NCBI GenBank assembly: GCA_951406725.2
Contig: OX597829.1
Coordinates: 33,728,001-33,792,000, forward strand
Length of the DNA stretch: 64,000 nucleotides
Reading direction: 5' to 3'
DNA from: Octopus vulgaris
Taxonomy: Eukaryota
Shown piece after piece: positions 56,401 through 64,000 of this stretch. Position 1 is the stretch's first letter. Each line of letters starts with the position of its first letter. Below the pieces are notes generated by a model. The model made no database searches. It was not told the origin of the DNA and saw only the letters and a program-made list of their open reading frames with translations. The position numbers and the translations under genes were made by a program.

Positions 56401-57209
56401 TTTTTGGAAAAGCATTTATATTGATAATATGTAAATGCTTTCTCAAATAAAATTGCACTTTATATTTGAAGCTCCGGTGAAGCTATGGGGTGAAACTCAA
56501 GCTCTCAACTATGTGTGTGTTGCATCTTAAAACAGAAACCACAGTAAGCTAATGAAATCCATGACATAATTTCTTATTCTCTAGTCATTTATTCAATTTC
56601 TTATTACTGATCTGTACTCTGAAGCTTTTATCTGAAGCAAATGTCTATTGAGTTCTAACACCAGGATATTAGTATCGCTAAGTCTAAGCAGAATAATACA
56701 CACACACACACACACACACACTTAGGTCATGGTAAGGTATAAAGATAAGGTACTTCCAGACAAGTATTCTACCTGAATTCTGGGTTATCAACACTGTCAG
56801 ATTCCAGACTAATGCTGAAATTCTTCAAGTGTAGAAAATCCTGATTTCATGACAGTAACACCATTGTATGGATTTGGTGAAGAGTAAATGATACTCCAAA
56901 TAAAAAGAAGACAAAGAAATTCTTTAACACGCCTTGAATGATTCATTGAATGATTTGTTGGTATAGAAACAATTGTAACAAATCATTAAAGATGTGTTAA
57001 AGAATTTTTTTGTCTTATTATTTGGATTATATATATTATATATATATATATACTCAAAATTAAATGGAGTCACATGAAACGATTGTACTGCATTACCTCT
57101 GGATATCCTAGTTGCTTATTTTGATTTTAATCACCTTATTTTGAAATTGTAAGGATAATACCATACTAAATTCTGGTGCCTCAACTTAAGTACCATATTC
57201 ATTTGAATC

Positions 57210-57240
<31 letters not shown>

Positions 57241-57254
57241 GTGTGAGTGTGTGT

Positions 57255-58119
57255 GGTGTGATCAATAAGTATCCAGTCTGTTGCCATAGTAACGAAGCTA
57301 AAGTACACAGAATAAAGCCATTTGACACCGATTGACTTTCAACTCAGTTGTGCATATGCACTAAGTTTTAACAATCTAGCTCACTTCTGCTGTTTACAGC
57401 AGTGCTTGGAAGAAAGATGTCTAGCGTGTGATCATGGCATTGACCATGACAGACAAAGTTGAGCAGAGAATCTGCATCAAATTTTGCCAAAAGCTTAGTG
57501 ATACCTGCTCAGTTTTCAAAAATTTTTTCATCATTCTTGACACAATCAAGGATATCTTGTGCAATTGAAACCCAAGTGTCTTCTTGGTCAACTGAAAGCA
57601 ATTTTGGCACAAACTTGGCAGATACGCATCTCATGACCAAATCTTCAGTGATAATAGATTGAACTGTTCAACACATCATCTGATAACTCCCAGATGGTGA
57701 TTTGACGATTTCCCCTCAGATCTGCACGCACATCTGCGATGTTTTTCTCAGTTCTGGTGGATGCAAGTCTCCCAAAACATTTGTCAATATTGACATTTTT
57801 CAACCATCTTAAGAATGTCTGAAACACTCGTACACTTGTGTGCAACTCATACACTCTTCTCCATACACTTTCTGCAACTTTGTCTAGGCCTCTGAGCAGG
57901 TATTGACATGACAACTTTGTCTGTCATGGTCAACGTGATGGTCACATGCTACACACCTTGCTAAGCACTGCTGTAAGCAGCAGAAGTGAGTTAGAATGTT
58001 AAAATATAGTGAGCATGCACAACAGAGTTCAAGGTAAATTTTTGTCAAGCAGCTTCACTCTGCATGCTTTAGCTTCGTTACTATGGCAACAGTCCAGATA
58101 CTTATTGATCAGACCTCGT
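57255..58119. mobile_element. Mariner-derived MITE with long (>200 bp) TIRs
   Basis: tgatcaataagtatc...ttgccatagtaacgaagctaaag is mirrored at 58068-58113; ends cctcgta. Confidence 0.85.
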
Positions 58120-58289
58120 ATGCATGTGTGCGTGTGTGGTAAGAAGCTTACATTCCAACCACATGGCTCCAGGTTCAGTCCCACAGCGTGGCAACTTGGA
58201 CAAGTGTCTTCTACTATAACCTCAGCTGACCAAAGCCTTGTGAGTGGATTTGGTAGATGGAAACTGAAAAGAAGCTCATTGTGTGTGTG

Positions 58290-58347
<58 letters not shown>

Positions 58348-58460
58348 GTATTTTTGTGTATGTGTTGTCCACCCACCATTGCTTCACAACCAATGTTGGT
58401 GTGCTTTTACATTCCCATATATATACACATATATATGCATATATATATATATATATATAT

Positions 58461-58617
<157 letters not shown>

Positions 58618-58655
58618 CATAAACACACACACAAACAAACACATATATATATATA

Positions 58656-59130
58656 TTGTTGATGGAGACCATACCTTTTTGCACCCAGTCATTCAAAGTA
58701 GACCTCACACATGGTTCCATCAATATGGGGCAGCTGCTCAAACTGCAAGAGAAACAATGCAGTTGCTACAGAAGTGCTTTGGAGAAAGAATATCTCCCGC
58801 TACGGCAATGTCAACTGGCCTTCGCGTTCACCAAAATTGACTAGCCTGGAATTTTTCTTGTGGGAATACCTGAAAAAGAGGATTTACTTCAACAAATCAC
58901 AAACGTTGGTGCAACTGAAGGAGAATATCAATAGAGAAATCAGAAAAGTAGGGTCTGAAACTCTTGAGGGTGTTATGGTGCAAGTTTTGGAAAGAGCACA
59001 GGCGTGCAAAGGCGAAAATGGCTGCCATTTTAGCTATGTCATTTTTCATGTGATATAGTGGTGTTAAAAAATTTGACTTGTGCATATTAATTTCCATTAT
59101 ATCCTTTATAGTATATCAAACTTTCATGCA
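58656..59130 (+). mobile_element. Tc1/mariner rosa-like (DD41D-type) transposase fragment
   Basis: [15 protein letters not shown]...[20 protein letters not shown]; ~41-residue spacing after allowing one frameshift; catalytic residues mutated. Confidence 0.7.
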
Positions 59131-59149
59131 TTTATTTGTAAAGTTATAT

Positions 59150-59960
59150 ACAGGGGTTGGACAAAATAATGGAAACACCTTAAAATTTTAAACAAGTTTC
59201 TTTTAATAGGGAGTGGTACCACCTTTGGCAGTAATCACAGCTTGAATTCTACAAGTTATGGACAAAGTTTGAATTGTTTTTAAAAGAATTTTTGTCCATT
59301 CTTCACCTAAAATAGTCTCCAGTTCTTGTAGTGATGATGGGGAGGATATCAACTCCTTACTTGCTTTTCTAAAATGCACCATAAATGTTCAATAATATTT
59401 AGATCTGGGGACTCTGGTGGCCAGATAAAATGTTCAACTTCACTAGAATGTTCCTCGTGCCATTTAGTAACAACTTTAGCTGTGTGAATTGGTGCATTAT
59501 CATCTTGAAAGATTGTGTTTCCTTCTGGGTTCTCAAGGGGGTCATTAAGCTCTGCAGTAATTTTGAGAGTTGTACTTTTGTGATCCTTTCTAACAATTCA
59601 TGTAAGAGTCCGACGGTCTCTATCTGAAAGTTTTGGTTTTCTTCCGGAGTTTTGTTTTGACGGGGAGGTTTTTCCTTCTTTCTCAAAGGCTGACATTACT
59701 TTCAAGACAGTATTTCTTGATACACCAAACATTTCAGCTGTTTTCATTATGCTAGCACCTGCCAAACAAACACCAACAATTTAATGTCTTTGAAAGTCCG
59801 TTAGATCTGTGATTTAATTACCTTTTTCTGATGATATCTGAAAAGAAACAGCAATTTCAGCAAAACATATTAAGCAACACTAATAATAAATTAAAAAACA
59901 TAAAAATAAACAAGCTTTTGATGGTTTTATAGATATTTCAAAATTATGATGCATATAAAT
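59150..59960 (-). mobile_element. Tc1 (DD34E-type) transposon remnant
   Basis: TA-caggggttggacaaaataatggaaac terminal repeat; FQDDNAPIHTAK...WPPESPDLNIIEHLW. Confidence 0.8.
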
Positions 59961-59979
59961 TATGATACATATACGTATA

Positions 59980-61270
59980 CAGGGTAGTTTGTGCTAAATT
60001 TGATGATTCTTTTTTATGCTTCCTTTTTTCAGGAACAGCTTGAGGTATTGGTCAACTGTTAACAGCATTGGAGAGCCTAAAGATGTAGTCAAGAAAAAGT
60101 TATGTTACATGGAGGACTGGAAGCCATTTCAATATTGGAAAAGTGTTACCTGTATCATGATGATTTAGACCAGGTATCAAAATGTTGACATTTTGGCTAC
60201 TGCTCAGTGCTCTGCGAACACTGTAGAGGCTGTAAGACATGTCATGGACAACAGTGACTTCAAAGCTATGACCAGAGGAAAGGATACAGTAGGCATTCTA
60301 ACTGCATCCACACTTTGAAATTCATCCAACAACTGCAGGATAAGATGATGGAAGATCTGGACAAGGGAATCCATGCTTTGATAAGAGAAATTGATGTTAG
60401 AATCACCTCTATGAAGCTGGCCCTGAATGAATCCCTTTGCTACAACTCATACAATAAGCTCAAGAGATAAATTCTAACAGCCAAGACCAAAGAGAACTAC
60501 TTGAAAAGGCTTCTGAACAAGCTGAAGTATCTTGTTGAGCTGGGGATGATCTGGTCTTCCTCAGATGAAAAGAATTTATGCTACTTGCACAACACTCAGA
60601 ACAACAGATGATTTGCCTACAATCCATGTGATGTCCTGTGTATCATGAAAACCAAGTTCCCCCAAACTACGGGTATCTTTGGATGTGTCTCCAATGAAAG
60701 TGACATCCTGCCATCTTCACATTTTTGAAAAGTACCTTAAGCTCAATTCAGATAGCAACCCTCTCCAGCCAGGGTATGATTTGCTGGAGACTATGGTCAA
60801 ACCCTGGCTGAAGTGGGTTGCTACTGGAGGGTCATATGTATGGCAGCAGAGTTAGACTCTTTGCCCTTCTAGAAAGAGTCAGAAATGGTTGTCAGAGAAT
60901 TTCTATGACTTCACCAGCACCAATTTCTGGTCTCCCGATTCCCCCAATTGTAATTGTATGGTTTAATATGTGCGAGATGCAGTGGAGAAAAGCATTAACT
61001 GCTCTGACTGCAACACCAAGGCCAAACTGGTGGCCAAAATCAAGGAGGTGTTTGAAGATGTTCCCAGAGACACAGTGAGGACTGCATGTGCAAGGTTCCG
61101 GAGCCATCTTGAGACCATGGTTGAATCTGAGGGTAACTACTTTGAGCAAACTCTTATCTCCCAGCCATAATCTAATTGATGCTTTTGCTTTTTCAAATTA
61201 CTTTTATTTTGGGATAGGATATTGTGTCTTCTTTTCCTTATTGTGCAACATGTCAAATTTATACTGAACA
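59980..61270 (+). mobile_element. maT (DD37D-type) transposon, decayed
   Basis: TA-cagggtag...taaatttga left end, tcaaattta... right end; SSDEKN, MKTKFPQT, VRTACARFRSHLETMV. Confidence 0.75.
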
Positions 61271-61616
61271 TTCTGCAGATATATATATAGGGATCTCACA
61301 CATAGTAATCCATGCAATTACAATTGGAGGAATAAGGAAACCAGAAATTGGGGCTGGTGAAATCATAGAAATTTTCCAACAACCACTTCTGGCTCTTTCT
61401 AGAGGTGCTGGTGTCATGTAAAAGCAACTGCGCCAGTGCTGCGTAAAAGCACCCAGAACACTCTGTAAAGTGGTTGGCATTAAGAAGTGCATCCAGCTGC
61501 AGAAACCATATCAAAACAGACAAGGAGCCTGAACAGCCTTTCAACTGGTTAGCTCCTGTCAAACCAACCAACCCATGCCAGCAAGGAAAACAGACGTTAA
61601 ATGATGATGATGATGA

Positions 61617-61648
<32 letters not shown>

Positions 61649-61834
61649 TGTGTGTGGGTGTGCACGCGCGTATGTGTATGTATATAGATAGATATGTAGA
61701 TAGATAGATAGCCTGACAGACAGATAGACAGACAAACAACTAAACAAATAGATATACATACAAACATATTCATATGTATATAGATACATACATACACATA
61801 TATACATATATAAATGTGTGTGCATGAGTGTGTA

Positions 61835-61911
<77 letters not shown>

Positions 61912-62777
61912 GAGTGTATTTTTCCCTTGTTAACAATTAACATATATATATATATATATGTGTGTGTATGTATATACATACATAATCACGTATACACACA
62001 CTCATATTACACATATATATGAATATATGGTGCAAAAGTAATGAAAAATAAAAATACATAGATAAGTAACATAGAGCTAGTATTAGTCATACATATATAT
62101 ATATATAAATTCCTCATATAATCCCAGAAGAACTGAAAAACGTTTCATCACTGAAGTATTAAAATTTATCCTTGGAAACAACATTTTTGACTTTAATGGC
62201 AATATTTACAAACAAATATCTGGGGCAATGATGGCAACAAAACATACAAACTTAAATCAAGACAAATTTTTACCATGAAAAATTAGTTTACCTGTTCATC
62301 AAAAAATTTAATATCTGCTATTAAATGTAAAGGTTGTAACAAGGATTTACATAGGTCAAACAAAACTCACTCTCAGAAATATGAGGTTCCCAGTACTAAA
62401 CAGACCCCACTGAGTGGGTATATAGACATATGTCTTGCAAAAAAAGGAGTCCCCCATATTCCAGGTCTTTCCACTTTGTTCAAAACAAAGAAAATATATT
62501 CATACAAAGATACAAACCACTACTGAATAAACTACATTTACCAACAACTACTCACATACAAACACATTCTACCATTTTACTCAGCCAACAAACCTTAACT
62601 TTAGGCACAATCATGACTTCTCGCATGACAATAAAGCATAAATTTTGTATAGAGCAAAATTTTATGCCTACATACAAACCATATCCATTCAGCCACTACA
62701 TGTGCTAAATTAAAAAAAGCTTTGATTTCTTGGACTCTGCCCGCGCTCTTAACCACTATGCCATATGCCCAGGCATA

Positions 62778-62832
62778 TGTCATAGTGGTTAAGAGCACGG
62801 GCTACTAACCCCAAGTTTTCAAGTTCAATTCC
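62778..62832 (+). promoter_or_regulatory. tRNA-like Pol III internal promoter (A and B boxes)
   Basis: A box tgtcatagtgg (mirror arm reads tggcatagtgg), B box agttcaattcc. Confidence 0.55.
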
Positions 62833-62947
62833 AGGTAGTGACCTGAATAATAATAATAACAACAGCAACAACAACAACAACAATAATAGTAATAATAACA
62901 TCGAAAAATACCTTAGGAATGAGAACCCAGGTTCGAAATTTCCCCAA

Positions 62948-62993
62948 GACACCTGATGAAGGCTGGAGGATATATCAACCAAAATGTTGTGTT
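62948..62993 (+). ncRNA. Minimal hammerhead motif, degenerate
   Basis: acac CTGATGA aggctg...caacc aaaa tg TT gtgt; restoring two CpG sites and one G>A gives cagccGAAAcgTTgtgt. Confidence 0.55.
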
Positions 62994-63953
62994 AACAACA
63001 AACAAGATGAGAACAAATATCCATCAAATGTAAATCATGTACATTTGATCCATGTTCTCTCCATAAAACAAGAGAATTTTCGAAATCCAATCAGAAACAA
63101 GACAGTTGCAGCATAGCCCCATATCTTTCTATCTCACTTAAATTTTGAAAATCTAAAACATCTGTGCAACCAGTTAAGCCTTTAAAAATAAACCAGTGCA
63201 TTTTCAACTTGTGCCTTTTGAATGGATTTGATAGCTGTAACTAACAGAAGCCATCATGGATATAAGTATATATATATATATAACTTATTATGCGGATATA
63301 TATCTCTTAAAGGGATGTTAGCTTCTCATCAATGCAAATGAGTTATTATTATTTATGTATAAGATAAAGAAAATGGAGAAATCAACAGATAGACATCAAT
63401 ATATCAATATAACTCCAGTTTTGAACAATATCGATTTCTTATAACCTACAATTGTTTCTATATTCAATTAAATCAAATTACAAATAATTAAATTATAGAT
63501 GCATTTCGAATATAGTAAATTGAACATTGCATCAGGGTAAGAAATCAGCACAAAAAGGAATCAGATCCCAATGGATTGAGGAATCATAACAGACTCTGTC
63601 AATGAAAAAGTCGACTATTCAGACTGGGCATCTCCAATGGTTTATCTAAAAAAAAAATGTAATAAACTAAGAGTGTGTGTGGACTTTTCAACTGGATTAA
63701 TAACTCTGGAGGGGATAAAGTGACATGCCCCAAAAGACAAGTTCATTAATGACACGAAAAAAAAGTCTGTGGTCAAGGAATGAAAACAAAAAAAGGTTTG
63801 GTAAGAAAAACAACAGCCAACAACTGATGAAGGGTCGTTTTTCCTTTGTTTTCCCTTTATGTCTTTCATTGTTCAAAAGAATAGTTTGTGTTCCATGTAC
63901 TCATGCTTCTATTTTTTTGTTGCTTACATTTCATGACGTCCTATGCCCACATA

Positions 63954-64000
<47 letters not shown>

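Larger units (their letters stand above)
62110..63050 (+). mobile_element. PLE remnant (Neptune/Poseidon-like) whose 3' region carries a tRNA-like promoter and an HHR
   Basis: FDFNGNIYKQISG (RT), IKCKGCNK (GIY-YIG), FIQRYKPLLN C-terminus. Confidence 0.65.

Noticed and set aside
63820-63870. CTGATGA hammerhead half-core; also TTGATGA/GAAA traces at ~26720-26810 and ~53700-53790
   Set aside because: Could not build the three stems or find a properly placed GAAA

Overview
Repeat-saturated, AT-rich eukaryotic DNA with no host protein-coding exon that I can support. The repeat repertoire (RTE LINE tails, tRNA-headed SINEs, long AT/AC/TAA microsatellites) suggests a coleoid cephalopod such as Octopus; this is an inference. 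Almost all listed ORFs are decayed transposon fragments or translated microsatellites. Main structures: (1) a ~15 kb array (10.97-26.0 kb) of about 13 co-oriented 3' fragments of R4/Dong-like restriction-endonuclease retrotransposons from several families, most ending in (TAA)n, nested inside the Asn-coding (AAT)n linkers of one split Naiad-type Penelope-like element (PLE); (2) several other PLEs with hammerhead-ribozyme (HHR) motifs in their terminal repeats, including one with an intact consensus (44085-44128), fold-back palindromes in TA microsatellites, and a tRNA-like Pol III promoter plus HHR module (62.7-63.0 kb); (3) a Tx1/L1-like LINE, RTE LINEs, a Gypsy internal fragment, a candidate solo LTR, Tc1/mariner elements of four catalytic-spacing classes, mariner MITEs and a non-autonomous Helitron. 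All calls and alignments were made by eye. Boundaries are approximate unless a TSD or TIR is quoted.
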